Below, piece by piece: positions 39,795 to 49,929 of a stretch of DNA of 64,000 nt. The notes under the pieces were generated by a model, which saw only the letters and a list, made by a program, of their open reading frames with translations, did not search any database and was not told the origin of the DNA. A program made the translations under genes and the position numbers. Positions within the stretch are counted from its first letter, which is position 1. Every line of letters starts with the position of its first letter. The DNA is taken from contig CAVPSB010000018.1 in assembly GCA_963708025.1 (NCBI GenBank), forward strand, positions 352,001 to 416,000, given 5' to 3'. This DNA comes from an uncultured Candidatus Rokubacteria bacterium (GTDB lineage Bacteria; Methylomirabilota; Methylomirabilia; Rokubacteriales; DASRDR01).

Positions 39795-41819
39795 TCAGCC
39801 GCCGTAGCCGAGCCAGGCGAAGAGGTGGCCGGGCGGGAAGGGGACGCCGAGGGCCTTCTCGAAGAAGCCGTAGACGAAGACGAAGTTGAACGCGGTGAGC
39901 GCCACCGTGATCGGCCAGCGCTCCCGGGCCCCGAGCCGGAGACAGGCGAGCGTCATCACCGTGGTCCCGATCGCGAAGCCGAGCAGCCAGATCGCTGCGA
40001 AGAACCCGAGGATCCACGCGCAGACCCGGAGCCCGCGGCGCCACGCCTCTCCCGGCGCCAGGTCGGCGGTGCCGCCGGCCGCGTCGAGCGCGACGCCGCT
40101 CCGCCGGCCGGTGAGGTCGCGCGCGAGCTGCACGATCGCCAGGGCCAGGGTGGGCACGACGATTGCCCAGGGGAAGAGCCCGGCCCGGGGGCCGAACCCG
40201 CGGCTCTGCCAGAGCGCCCAGGCGAAGAGGAGCACGATCCCCAGGCCGAACGCGGTGGTGGCGTCGAGCCGCGGTCCCGGGCGCGCGAGGGCCGGCGGCC
40301 CTGCCGCGTCCGGCGCGGTGCGGGGCGCCCTCCGCCGGCGCCGGCGCTCGTTCCAGAAGGGGACGACCAAGCCGGCCGCGATCACCGCCATGAGGGCCAG
40401 CACGCCCGGACGGACGAGCCAGGCGGCGCCGTAGTTGTCGGTGGAGAGGAAGAGCTTGTTCTCGGCCAGCGGCCCCAGCACCAGGCCGAGCAGGAGCGGG
40501 GGCCGGGGCCAGCCGAGCCGCGCCATCACCCAGCCCAGCCCGCCGAACAGCAGGACCACCGCCAGGTCCTGGAAGACGTTCTTTTCGGCGAAGGCGCCGA
40601 CGTAGATCAGCGTCAGGATGAACGGCGTCAGCAGTGTCCCCCGGATCTGCGTGACCCGCGCGAGCTGGTTCATGAAGGCCAGGCAGATGGCGACGGTGAT
40701 GACGTTCGAGACCACGATCGTCCACACCATCGAGAAGGTCACCGCCAGGTGGCCCTTGGGAGCCGGCGTGAGCATCGCGGGCCCCGGGACGAGACCCTGG
40801 ATCAGGAAGGCGCCCATCAGGATCGCGGTGCCGACGCTGGCCGGCACGCCGAACGCGACCGTGGTGACGAGGCTGCCGCCCAGGGTCGAGTTGTTGGCGG
40901 CGCCGGGCCCGAGCACGCCCTCCACCCGCCCCCGGCCGAATTGCTCCCGGTTGGGTGAGCTCTGGACGGCGTGCGCGTAGGCCAGCCACTGGGTCGTCGC
41001 GGCCCCCATCCCCGGGATGATCGCGATGAACGTGCCGAGGGCGCTGCACCGGAGGACCAGCCACCAGTGGACGAACGTGTCGCGGACCCCCTGCCAGACG
41101 CCACCGAGCTTGCCGACCTCGAGCCGGGCGATGCTCGAGCCCTGGACGGCCAGGTCGATGACCTCGGGGATGGCGTAGAAGCCGATGGTGACCGGGACCA
41201 GCCCGATCCCGTCCCAGAGGAAGAGCTGACCGAAGGTGTAGCGCTGGATGCCCGAGACCGGGTCGAGGCCGATCGTCGCCAGCCACAGCCCGAGCCCGCC
41301 GGCCACCAGCCCCCGGAGGAGGGCCTCGCCGCTGAGCGAGGCGACGAACGTGATGCCGACCACGGCCAGCATGAAGAACTCCGGCGAGCCGAAGGTGAGG
41401 ACCAGCGGGCGCACGACCGGGATCGCCAGGCCGAGAACGAGGGCGCCGAAGACGGCGCCGACCAGCGAGCTCATCATCGCCGCCCCCAGCGCCCGGCCGG
41501 CCTCGCCGTTCTTGGCCATGGCGTGGCCGTCGACGATGGTGGCGGCCGAGGTCGGCTCGCCGGGAATGCCGAAGAGGATGGAGGTGATGTCGCCGGTCGT
41601 GTTGGTGACCGCGAACATGCCGAGCAGGAACGCGAACGCCTCGACGGGGTTCATCTTGAAGACGAAGGGCAGCATGAGGGCGAGCGTGGTGGGGCCACCC
41701 AGGCCGGGCAGAATCCCGACCGCGAAGCCGATGGCGATCCCGACCAGCATCAGGCCGAAGGTGGGCCAGGCGAAGACCTGGACCAGCCCCGACCAGCTGG
41801 CCTGGGCGAACTCGACTAT
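39795..41819 (-). CDS. tctA: Tripartite tricarboxylate transporter permease TctA fused to a TctB-like C-terminus
   Basis: GILPGLG, GIPGEP, GIQRYTFG, GAANNS, GLVPGP; extra 4-TM C-terminus ending LGVPFPPG; start uncertain (ATA 41819 or ATG 41750). Confidence 0.88.
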   Translation of the reverse strand: MVEFAQASWSGLVQVFAWPTFGLMLVGIAIGFAVGILPGLGGPTTLALMLPFVFKMNPVEAFAFLLGMFAVTNTTGDITSILFGIPGEPTSAATIVDGHAMAKNGEAGRALGAAMMSSLVGAVFGALVLGLAIPVVRPLVLTFGSPEFFMLAVVGITFVASLSGEALLRGLVAGGLGLWLATIGLDPVSGIQRYTFGQLFLWDGIGLVPVTIGFYAIPEVIDLAVQGSSIARLEVGKLGGVWQGVRDTFVHWWLVLRCSALGTFIAIIPGMGAATTQWLAYAHAVQSSPNREQFGRGRVEGVLGPGAANNSTLGGSLVTTVAFGVPASVGTAILMGAFLIQGLVPGPAMLTPAPKGHLAVTFSMVWTIVVSNVITVAICLAFMNQLARVTQIRGTLLTPFILTLIYVGAFAEKNVFQDLAVVLLFGGLGWVMARLGWPRPPLLLGLVLGPLAENKLFLSTDNYGAAWLVRPGVLALMAVIAAGLVVPFWNERRRRRRAPRTAPDAAGPPALARPGPRLDATTAFGLGIVLLFAWALWQSRGFGPRAGLFPWAIVVPTLALAIVQLARDLTGRRSGVALDAAGGTADLAPGEAWRRGLRVCAWILGFFAAIWLLGFAIGTTVMTLACLRLGARERWPITVALTAFNFVFVYGFFEKALGVPFPPGHLFAWLGYGG

Positions 41820-42838
41820 CGGAGGAGCCCCTTGAGCTTGGCGGCCACGGCCGGGTCGAGGCGGAACAGCTCCTCGACCAGACGCTCCAGCTCCTCCCCG
41901 CCGACCGGGTCAACGTCCAGCTTGGCCTGCCGGGCGTCGGCGAGGAACTCGGGGTCGCGCAGCGTCTCGATGAAGGCGGTCCGGAGCACCTGCACCCGGT
42001 CGGGCGGGGTGCCGGGCGGGAGCGCGTAGAGGCGGCTGATCGTGGTGGGGACGATGACCGCCGCCCGCAGGAGCTGCCGGGCCTCCTCGGTCCGGACCAG
42101 GTCGAGCGCCAGCGGGACCCGGGGCAGGTCGGGCAGCGGCTTCTCGGTGACCTGGAGCACGATGGTGATCTCGCCGGCGTCCAGCGCCTTGCGCCAGGTG
42201 ACCTTGACCGACTCCCACTGCCAGCAGCCGCCAGAGACCTCGCCGGACTCGGCGGCCAGCCGGATCTCGGCGGTGCCCTTGTATCCCCGCACGAGCTGGA
42301 TGGGCAGGCCGGCGGCCTGGAGGACGCGCGCGGTGTCGTGCGTGGTGTCTCCCGGGCCGACCCCGCCGAGCTTCACCGGCGTCTTGGCCGCCATCCACTG
42401 CTCGGCCGTCGCGATCCCGCTCGCCCGGGTCAGGGCGCAGACCGTGTTGTCTCGCACCGGGATGCCGAGCCACTGGAACTTCCGGGCGTCGAACTCGATC
42501 CCGTCGCGCCCGAGGAGCTGGCCGACGAGCTGGTTGCCGTGGAAGTTGACGATGGTGAGGCCGTCGGGCCGGGCGACCTTGAAGGCGTGGTTGGCGGCGA
42601 TCAGGCTGGCCGCCCCCGGCATGTTCTCCACGACGACGGCGGGCCGGCCGGCGACGTGCTTGGCGAGGTGCCGGCCGATGGTCCGGGAGTAGGTGTCGAA
42701 GCCGCCGCCGGCCGTGAACCCGACGACGATGCGAATGGTCTTGCCCTCGAAGAAGCTGGGCTGGGGCTCGGCCGGCCGGACGGCGGCGAGGGCGGCGAGC
42801 AGCGCGACGACGGCGGTGGCGCGAGCGGGCCTAGTCAT
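41816..42838 (-). CDS. TctC/Bug substrate-binding protein
   Basis: IVVGFTAGGGFD, ENMPGA, PDGLT and GYKGTAEIRLA motifs. Confidence 0.92.
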   Translation of the reverse strand: MTRPARATAVVALLAALAAVRPAEPQPSFFEGKTIRIVVGFTAGGGFDTYSRTIGRHLAKHVAGRPAVVVENMPGAASLIAANHAFKVARPDGLTIVNFHGNQLVGQLLGRDGIEFDARKFQWLGIPVRDNTVCALTRASGIATAEQWMAAKTPVKLGGVGPGDTTHDTARVLQAAGLPIQLVRGYKGTAEIRLAAESGEVSGGCWQWESVKVTWRKALDAGEITIVLQVTEKPLPDLPRVPLALDLVRTEEARQLLRAAVIVPTTISRLYALPPGTPPDRVQVLRTAFIETLRDPEFLADARQAKLDVDPVGGEELERLVEELFRLDPAVAAKLKGLLR

Positions 42839-43862
42839 AGAGGATCGTCCTCAGCCGGGCGATGACCGGCGCTTCCAGGGTGAACAGCCGCTGAACGACG
42901 CGCTCGAGCTCGTCTCCCGGCACCGGCTCGATCTCGAGCTTGGCCTTCTCGGCCTCGGCGAGGAAGGCCGGGTCCCGGAGGGTGGCGGCGAACGCCTGGC
43001 GCACGAGCTGCACGCGGTCCTTCGGCGTCCCCGGCGGCAGGGTGAGCGAGCGGACGATCGCGCTGTCGGTGTGGACCGCGACCTCCAGGGTGCGGCGCGC
43101 CTCGTCGGTCTTCGCGAGGTCGATGGCGAGCGGGACGCCGGTCAGCTCGGGATGACTTTTTGGCGCGACCTGCAGCACCACCGCCACCTCGCCGGTGTCC
43201 AGCGCCTTCCGCCAGGTGGCGCGGATCGAGCCCCAGTTGAAGCACACGCCGGCCAGCTCGCCGGACTCGATGGCGAGCCGGATGTCGGCGGTGCCCTTGT
43301 AGCCGGTGACGAGCTGGATCGGCAGCCCGAGGGCGGCCTTGACCGCGCGCGTCCCGTTGTCGGGCGTGCTGGCGCCCGGCGCGACCCCGCCCATCTTGAC
43401 CGGGGTCGGCGCCGCCATCCACTTGTCCACGCTCGTGATCCCGCTGGCCTTCGCCATCGCGCACACGACGTGGTCGAAGGCGGGGGCGCCGACGAACTCG
43501 AACTTCCGGGCGTCGAACTCGATCCCCTTCTGGCCCAGGACCTGACCGAGGAACAGGCCGCCGATGAAGTGGCCGATGGTCAGCCCGTCGGGCTTCGCCA
43601 CCTTGTAGAGGTGGTTGGCCGCGATGAGGCTGCCGGCGCCCGGCATGTTCTCGACGATGACGGTGGGGGCGCCGGGGAGATGCCGGCCGAGGTGGCGGCC
43701 GAGCGTGCGCGCGAACGCGTCGAAGCCGCCGCCGGCCGAGAAGCCGACGATGATCCGGACCGTCTTGCCGCGGTAGAAGTCGTCCTGGGCGAGCGCGGCG
43801 CCCGGGGCGACGCCGAGCGTCAGGATCAGGAGCCGCAGCCATCCGAGCCCTCGTCTCCTCAT
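42831..43862 (-). CDS. TctC/Bug substrate-binding protein, paralog 2
   Basis: Signal peptide, IIVGFSAGGGFD, ENMPGAGS and KPDGLT motifs. Confidence 0.92.
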   Translation of the reverse strand: MRRRGLGWLRLLILTLGVAPGAALAQDDFYRGKTVRIIVGFSAGGGFDAFARTLGRHLGRHLPGAPTVIVENMPGAGSLIAANHLYKVAKPDGLTIGHFIGGLFLGQVLGQKGIEFDARKFEFVGAPAFDHVVCAMAKASGITSVDKWMAAPTPVKMGGVAPGASTPDNGTRAVKAALGLPIQLVTGYKGTADIRLAIESGELAGVCFNWGSIRATWRKALDTGEVAVVLQVAPKSHPELTGVPLAIDLAKTDEARRTLEVAVHTDSAIVRSLTLPPGTPKDRVQLVRQAFAATLRDPAFLAEAEKAKLEIEPVPGDELERVVQRLFTLEAPVIARLRTILYD

Positions 43863-46138
43863 CGGATCTCTCCCTTCGCGGCCTGGATCGCCCGCCACAC
43901 CCGCTCGGCCGTGAGCGGCAGGTCCGTGACCCGCACGCCCACCGCCCGGGTGACCGCGTTGGCGATGGCCGGGGCGGTGGGGAGCAGGCCGCTCTCCCCG
44001 ATGCCCTTGGCGCCATACGGCCCCGGCCCGTCGCCGTTCTCGATCAGGATGCTCCGGTACTCCGCCGGCAGGTCCCCCATGACCGGCACCCGGTAGTCGA
44101 TGAGCGAGGGGTTCAGGAGCTGGCCGTCCTCGTACACCATCTGCTCGTAGAAGGTGTGGCCGAGCCCCATCATCGCCCCCCCCTCCTCCTGGGCGTGGCA
44201 CTCGCGCGGGTTGATGGCCCGGCCGATGTCCGCCACCGAGACGTAGCGCAGCACCGTCACCACCCCCGTCGCCTCGTCCACCTCGACCTCGGCCGCCGCC
44301 ATCCCGACCTCCCAGAACGGTGCCTCGCCGCCGAGCGGCGCGTGCCCCCGCTCGCCGCGGTAGGTCCCGCGCCCGATCAGCTCGCCGCCCGGCATGCCGA
44401 AGTGTCCGGCCAGCGCCTGGGCGTACGCCAGCTCGCCGGCCGCGCCGACGATCCGCCCGTCGAGGAGCGCCAGCGCCGCCCGGTCGCTCCCGAGCTGGCG
44501 CGCGCCCAGGGCCAGGAGCTGGTCCCGCACGTCGCGGGCAGCGGCGAGGACGGCGAGGCCCATCAAGGTCGTCGAGCGGCTCGCGCTCGTCGCCTGATCG
44601 TAGGGGCTCATGCCCAGCTCCGAGGCGGCGACGCGCACCCAGCCGAGCGGGAGCGCCAGCTCCTCGGCCACGATCTGGGAGAGGACGGTGCGGCCGCCCT
44701 GGCCGCACTCCACGGTGCCGGTGAGGAGCGTCGCGCTCCCGTCGGCGTGGAGCCGCACCATCGCGCTCGACACCGAGGGGGCCAGCGGCGCCTTGATGAC
44801 GCAGGCGAGTCCCTTGCCGCGGCCGGGCGCCGGGGCGGGGTCGTGCCAGCCGACGGCGGCGGCGGCTGTACGGAGGCCTTCCGCGAAGTCGCAGTCGATC
44901 GGGAGGTCGCCCGCGATGAACGTCTCGCCGCGCCCGAGGAGGTTCCGGAGGCGCAGCTCGAGCGGGTCGAGGCCGAGCCGCTCGGCGATCACGTCCATCT
45001 GCGACTCGTAGGCCCAGGCGAGCTGGGGGACGCCGTAGCCGCGGAAGGCCACGCTGACCACCGTGTTGGTGTAGACGCCGTAGGCGGTGATGCGGACGTG
45101 GGGGATGCGGTAGGGGCCGGTCGCGGTGTAGGCCGACTTCTGCACGACGCGGGGACCGACGTCGGCGTAGGCGCCGAGCTGGTAGTGGATCTCGGCCTCG
45201 CGCGCCACCAGCCGGCCGTCGCGCCGGACGCCGGTCCGGAGCCGGTAGCGGACGGCGGCCCGCCGGACCGACTTGAACGCCTCCTCCGCGGTGAGGGCCA
45301 GCCGCACCGGCCGCTTGACGGCGGTGGCGAGGGCGATCACCAGCGGCTCGATCTTGGTGTAGGACTTGTTGCCGTAGGCGGCCCCCAGGTACGGCACGAT
45401 GATCTGGAGGCGTGCCAGCGGCAGCCCGAACATCTCCGCCAGCTCCTTCCGGACGGGGAACGGGTGCTGGGTGGAGGCCCACAGGGTGACCCCCTGGCTG
45501 TCGACGCGCGCGATCGCGCAGTGGGGCTCCAGCGAGACGTGGTGGGCCATCGGGAAGGTGTAGGTCTGCTCCACCACCAGGTCGGCCTCGGCGAAGGCCC
45601 GGTCCGGCTCCCCGCGCTCGTAGCGGTAGTGGTGGCAGACGTTGGTCCCCGCGATGGGGCGGAGGGCCCCGAGGTCCCGGAAATGCCCGGCCGGCCGGGG
45701 CCGCTCGTGGAGCAGGGGCGCGCCGGGGGCGAGTGCCTCGTCGAGGGTGGTCACGGAGGGCAGCTCCGCGTACCGGACGTCGATCAGCCCGAGCGCCGCC
45801 TCGGCGGCCGCCGCGGTGTCGGCCACGACGGCGACGACCGGCTCGCCCGCGTAGCGGATCACGCCGTCGGCCAGGAGCGGCTGGTCCTTGAACGCGGGAC
45901 CGTAGTAGAGGTCCCGGACGGGCAGGTCGGCCGCGGCCAGGACCGCGAGGACGCCGGGGGCGCGGGCCGCGCGGGTCGGGTCCACGCCGAGGAGCCGCGC
46001 GTGGGGCACGGGGCTCCGCCACAGCTTGGCGTGGACCATGCCCGGCACCGCCAGGTCGGTGATGAAGCGCGCGCGCCCGGTGGCCTTGGCCGGGGTGTCA
46101 ACGCGCGGGGCGTCGGTGCCGACGGTCCCGAGGCTCAC
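43859..46138 (-). CDS. Xanthine dehydrogenase family molybdopterin-binding large subunit
   Basis: RSPVPHA, STQHPF, AFRGYG, ECGQG, ASRST and GAKGIGE motifs. Confidence 0.93.
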   Translation of the reverse strand: MSLGTVGTDAPRVDTPAKATGRARFITDLAVPGMVHAKLWRSPVPHARLLGVDPTRAARAPGVLAVLAAADLPVRDLYYGPAFKDQPLLADGVIRYAGEPVVAVVADTAAAAEAALGLIDVRYAELPSVTTLDEALAPGAPLLHERPRPAGHFRDLGALRPIAGTNVCHHYRYERGEPDRAFAEADLVVEQTYTFPMAHHVSLEPHCAIARVDSQGVTLWASTQHPFPVRKELAEMFGLPLARLQIIVPYLGAAYGNKSYTKIEPLVIALATAVKRPVRLALTAEEAFKSVRRAAVRYRLRTGVRRDGRLVAREAEIHYQLGAYADVGPRVVQKSAYTATGPYRIPHVRITAYGVYTNTVVSVAFRGYGVPQLAWAYESQMDVIAERLGLDPLELRLRNLLGRGETFIAGDLPIDCDFAEGLRTAAAAVGWHDPAPAPGRGKGLACVIKAPLAPSVSSAMVRLHADGSATLLTGTVECGQGGRTVLSQIVAEELALPLGWVRVAASELGMSPYDQATSASRSTTLMGLAVLAAARDVRDQLLALGARQLGSDRAALALLDGRIVGAAGELAYAQALAGHFGMPGGELIGRGTYRGERGHAPLGGEAPFWEVGMAAAEVEVDEATGVVTVLRYVSVADIGRAINPRECHAQEEGGAMMGLGHTFYEQMVYEDGQLLNPSLIDYRVPVMGDLPAEYRSILIENGDGPGPYGAKGIGESGLLPTAPAIANAVTRAVGVRVTDLPLTAERVWRAIQAAKGEIR

Positions 46139-48528
46139 GGCGGCGGCGCTCCTCGGCGTGCTTCCCGCAGGGCGCGCCAGACCCGCTCCGGTGTCATCGG
46201 CAGCTCAGTGAGGCGCACGCCCGTCGCGTGGGCGATCGCGTTGCCGATGGCGGGCGCGACGCAGAAGGTCCCGCTCTCCCCGACGCCCTTGGCGCCGAAG
46301 GGGCCGGGCCCGTCGGCGTTCTCGACCAGGATCGTCTCGAAGGCGTCCGGCAGGTCGGCGAAGGTCGGGAGCCGGTAGTCGATCAGGCCGGGGTTCAGGA
46401 GCTGGCCCTGCTCGCCGGCGCGCGCCTCGAAGAGGGCGGGGCCGAGCCCCATGATCGCCGCGCCCTCGTCCTGGGCCGCGCACTCGCGGGGGTTGATGGC
46501 CTGCCCCACGTCGGCCGCCGACACGTAGCGGCGGACCCGGACCGTCCCGGTCTCCGGATCGACCTCGACCTCCGCGGCGCCCATGCCGGTCTCCCAGAAG
46601 GCGGTGGCGCCGCCCAGGCTCCCCGACCACCGGGTCGGCACGAACGACCCGACCCCGGTCACCTCGCCGCCGACCAGGCCGAAGTGGCCGCGGATCACCT
46701 CGGCCACCGTGAGCGCGCCGACCCGGCCCTCGCGAAGGTCGAGGCCAGCGGGGTCCGTCCCGAGCAGCCCGGCCGCCAGCCCCAGGAGCTGCCCGCGCGC
46801 GTCGCGGGCGGCGGCCTGGACGGCCAGCCCCATCAGGGTCGTCGAGCGGCTCGCGCTCGTGCCGTGGTCGAACGGCGTGAGGGAGGTGTCGGGGGCCCCG
46901 ACGACGACGGCCTCGAACGGGACGCCGAGCGTCTCGGCGGCGATCTGGGCCAGCGCGGTCCGCGCCCCCTGGCCCACCTCCACGGTCCCGGCCAGGAGGC
47001 TCACGCTGCCGTCGGCGTGGACGCGGACGATGGCGGTCGAGACCGTGTGCGTCCCGCCGCCGTCCTTCATCGCGCACGCCAGCCCCCGGCCGCGCCCGGG
47101 GGCGCCTGTCGCGCCCCGGTCGAGCGCGCGCGCCACCGCCAGGAGGCCCTCGGCCATGTCGCCGTCCATCGGGGTGTCGCCGGCCACGTACTCCTCGCCG
47201 CGCTCGAGGAGGTTCCGGAGGCGCAGCTCGAGCGGATCGAGGCCGAGCCGCTCGGCGATCGCGTCCATCTGCGACTCCGAGGCCCAGGTCACCTGGGGGA
47301 CGCCGTACCCGCGGTAGGCGCCGGCCGGCACGTTGTTGGTGTAGACGCATCGGGCGCCGATGCGGAGCCCGGGGATGCGGTACGGCCCGAGGGCGCGGGA
47401 GCCGGCCTTGGTGGCCACGCGGGGCCCGATGTCCGCGTAGGCGCCGGTGTCGAGGACGACGTCGGACTCGCGCCCGAGGAGCGTCCCGTCCCGCCGGACG
47501 GCGGTCCGGAGCCGCACCGTCACCGCGTGGCGGCTGATCGTCCGGGCGCTCTCCTCCAGGGAGAGCGCGAGCCGCACGGGCCGCTGGACGCGCGCGGCGA
47601 GCGCGGCGGCGAGCGGCTCGATCTTGGTGTAGCACTTCCCTCCGAAGGCGCCGCCGATCAGCGGGACCACCACCTGGACGTGAGAGAGCGGCAGCCCGAA
47701 GACCTCCGCCAGCTCCTTCCGGACCGGGAACGGGTGCTGGGTCCCAGCCCAGACCGTGACGCCGTCCGCGTCCACCCGCGCGAGGGCGCAGTGGGGCTCG
47801 AGGGCGTGGTGCGACAGCGCCGGGTAGCGGTAGACGTCCTCCACGACGAGGTCGGCCTCGGCGAACGCCCGCACCAGGTCGCCGCGCTCGTACTGGTAGT
47901 ACTGGCAGACGTTGGTGCCGGGGACGGGCCGGAGCCCGGACAGGTCGCGGAAGTGGCCGGCGCGGTCCAGCGTGGGATGGATCAGCGGGGCGTCCGCCGC
48001 CAGCGCCGCCTCCGCGGTCGTCGCGGCCGGCAGCTCCCGGTACCGGACGTCGAGCACCCCCAGCGCGGCCGCGGCGCGGGCCTCCGTCTCGGCGACGACG
48101 GCGACCACCGGCTCGCCGGCGTAGCGGATCACCTCGTGGGCGAGGATCGGCTGGTCCTTGAAGGCGGGCCCGTAGTGAAGGCGCGTCACGGGCAGGTCGG
48201 CCGCCGTGCAGACGGCTACCACGCCGGGCATCGCGGCCGCGCGGGCGGCGTCGACGCCGAGGAGCCGGGCGTGCGGCACGGGGCTCCGCCAGAGGCGGGC
48301 GTGGACCATCCCGGGCAGCGCGAGGTCGGTGACGTAGCGGGCGGCGCCCGTCACCTTGTCGCCGGCGTCGAGCCGGGGGACCGAGCGCCCGACGATCGAG
48401 ACCCCCCCGACTCTTCGACGGCCTTCGGCCTTTGGCGGCCCCTCCCCACCGGTCGACGGCCTCCGGCCTTTGGCCGGGGGGAGGGGCGGCGTGCTTGCCG
48501 CCGACTGACGGCCAGGCGATAGCGTCAC
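46135..48528 (-). CDS. Xanthine dehydrogenase family molybdopterin-binding large subunit, paralog 2 (repeat-derived N-terminus)
   Basis: KVTGAARY, GGAFGGK, AYRGYG, EVGQG and GAKGVGE motifs. Confidence 0.93.
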   Translation of the reverse strand: MTLSPGRQSAASTPPLPPAKGRRPSTGGEGPPKAEGRRRVGGVSIVGRSVPRLDAGDKVTGAARYVTDLALPGMVHARLWRSPVPHARLLGVDAARAAAMPGVVAVCTAADLPVTRLHYGPAFKDQPILAHEVIRYAGEPVVAVVAETEARAAAALGVLDVRYRELPAATTAEAALAADAPLIHPTLDRAGHFRDLSGLRPVPGTNVCQYYQYERGDLVRAFAEADLVVEDVYRYPALSHHALEPHCALARVDADGVTVWAGTQHPFPVRKELAEVFGLPLSHVQVVVPLIGGAFGGKCYTKIEPLAAALAARVQRPVRLALSLEESARTISRHAVTVRLRTAVRRDGTLLGRESDVVLDTGAYADIGPRVATKAGSRALGPYRIPGLRIGARCVYTNNVPAGAYRGYGVPQVTWASESQMDAIAERLGLDPLELRLRNLLERGEEYVAGDTPMDGDMAEGLLAVARALDRGATGAPGRGRGLACAMKDGGGTHTVSTAIVRVHADGSVSLLAGTVEVGQGARTALAQIAAETLGVPFEAVVVGAPDTSLTPFDHGTSASRSTTLMGLAVQAAARDARGQLLGLAAGLLGTDPAGLDLREGRVGALTVAEVIRGHFGLVGGEVTGVGSFVPTRWSGSLGGATAFWETGMGAAEVEVDPETGTVRVRRYVSAADVGQAINPRECAAQDEGAAIMGLGPALFEARAGEQGQLLNPGLIDYRLPTFADLPDAFETILVENADGPGPFGAKGVGESGTFCVAPAIGNAIAHATGVRLTELPMTPERVWRALREARRGAPPP
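48400..48490 (-). repeat. Repeat family C (CCCCTCCCC...GGGGAGGGG hairpin with two B units)
   Basis: Colinear with 49933-50017; B units at 48417-48435 and 48455-48473. Confidence 0.85.
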
Positions 48529-48534
48529 TTGCGT

Positions 48535-49032
48535 TCAGCCGCCATCGCCTGTCCCCGCGCCGGGTGCCAGGCGCCGGGAGGCGGCCAGGATCGCGTCCAG
48601 GATGCGCTGGTAGCCGGTGCACCGGCAGATGTTGCCGCGCATGTAGTGCTTGACCTCGGCCGGGGTCGGCGCCGGGATCTCGCCGAGCAGGGCGACGGTG
48701 GCCATGATCATGCCCGGCGTGCAGAAGCCGCACTGGAGCGCGCCGTGCTCGACGAACGCCTCCTGGATGGGGTGGAGCTCCTCGCCGCGGGCCAGGCCCT
48801 CGACGGTGCGGACGTGCTTCCCCCGCGCCTCGAAGGCCAGGGTCGTGCAGGCGCTCACCGGCTGATCGTCGAGGAGCACGGTGCAGGCGCCGCAGACCTG
48901 GACGTCGCACGACTTCTTCACACCCAGGAGTCCGAGGCGATCGCGGAGACACTCGATCAGCGTCTCCCAGGCCGGCACGGTCAGCTCGTGCCGCTCCCCG
49001 TTGACCGTCACCGTCATCGCCACCTCTCTCAT
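48535..49032 (-). CDS. (2Fe-2S)-binding small subunit (CoxS-like)
   Basis: [18 protein letters not shown] and GNICRCTGY motifs. Confidence 0.95.
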   Translation of the reverse strand: MREVAMTVTVNGERHELTVPAWETLIECLRDRLGLLGVKKSCDVQVCGACTVLLDDQPVSACTTLAFEARGKHVRTVEGLARGEELHPIQEAFVEHGALQCGFCTPGMIMATVALLGEIPAPTPAEVKHYMRGNICRCTGYQRILDAILAASRRLAPGAGTGDGG

Positions 49033-49910
49033 CGGGACTCTTCGCGGACGCCGAGCCCGGCCAGGGCCTGGTGGAACGCGCGCGCCAGGAGGACGCCGAC
49101 CAGGTGCGCCTTGTACTCCGCCGAGCCGTGGAGGTCGGTGACGGCGTCGGCCGCGCGACCGGCGACCCGGCCCGCCTCGGCGAGGGCCGCCCGGCTCTCG
49201 CCGAGGGCCTTGCCCTCGAGGAGCGCCTCGGCCTCGCGCATCCGGCGCGGCACCGGACCGACGCAGCCCACCGCGATCCGGACGCCGGCGACGCGCCCGT
49301 CGTCGACCGTCACGGCGACCGCGACCCCGACCGAGGGCCGCTCGAGGATGCCGAGCTTGAGGTAGGCGGCGGCCGACCGCGGCGGGGGCGGCGGCACCAC
49401 GACCTCGGTCAGGATCTCGTCACCCTCCAGGCAGGTCTCGAAGGGGCCGACGAAGAGGGCTTCCAGCGGGATCGTCCGCTCGCCGCCGGCCCGCTCGATG
49501 CGCGCCGTCGCGTCGAAGACCTCCAGCAGGGTCCCGGGGTCCGCGTGCGGCTCGGCGAAGCAGAGGTTGCCGGCCAGCGTCCCCATGGTGCGCACCCGGA
49601 CGTTGGCCACGTCCCCTTCCATCCGGGCGAGGGCCGGGAAGTGCTCGCGCACGATCGGGTCCCGCTCGATGGCGCGATGGGTGGTGGCGCCGCCGATCCG
49701 GAGGCTGCCGTCGGGGCCGAGGCGAAGGCCGGCCAGGCCGGCGATGGTCTTCACGTTGACGAGGTAGTCGTAGTGAGCCAGCCCTTCCTTCATCACCAGG
49801 AGCAGCTCGGTGCCCCCCGCGTAGAGCCGGGCGGCGTCGCCGTGCCGCGCCAGCAGCTCCGAGGCCTCGGCCACCGAGGCCGGCTCGACCAGATCGAACG
49901 GTCTCAGCAT
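49029..49910 (-). CDS. FAD-binding medium subunit (CoxM-like)
   Basis: AGGTELL, LRIGGATT and TLAGNLCFAEPHAD motifs. Confidence 0.93.
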   Translation of the reverse strand: MLRPFDLVEPASVAEASELLARHGDAARLYAGGTELLLVMKEGLAHYDYLVNVKTIAGLAGLRLGPDGSLRIGGATTHRAIERDPIVREHFPALARMEGDVANVRVRTMGTLAGNLCFAEPHADPGTLLEVFDATARIERAGGERTIPLEALFVGPFETCLEGDEILTEVVVPPPPPRSAAAYLKLGILERPSVGVAVAVTVDDGRVAGVRIAVGCVGPVPRRMREAEALLEGKALGESRAALAEAGRVAGRAADAVTDLHGSAEYKAHLVGVLLARAFHQALAGLGVREESR

Positions 49911-49929
49911 GTTGTTCGGGACCTCCCGC

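Noticed and set aside
43859-49910. Aerobic CO dehydrogenase
   Set aside because: Lacks the AYxCSFR (form I) and AYRGAGR (form II) motifs.
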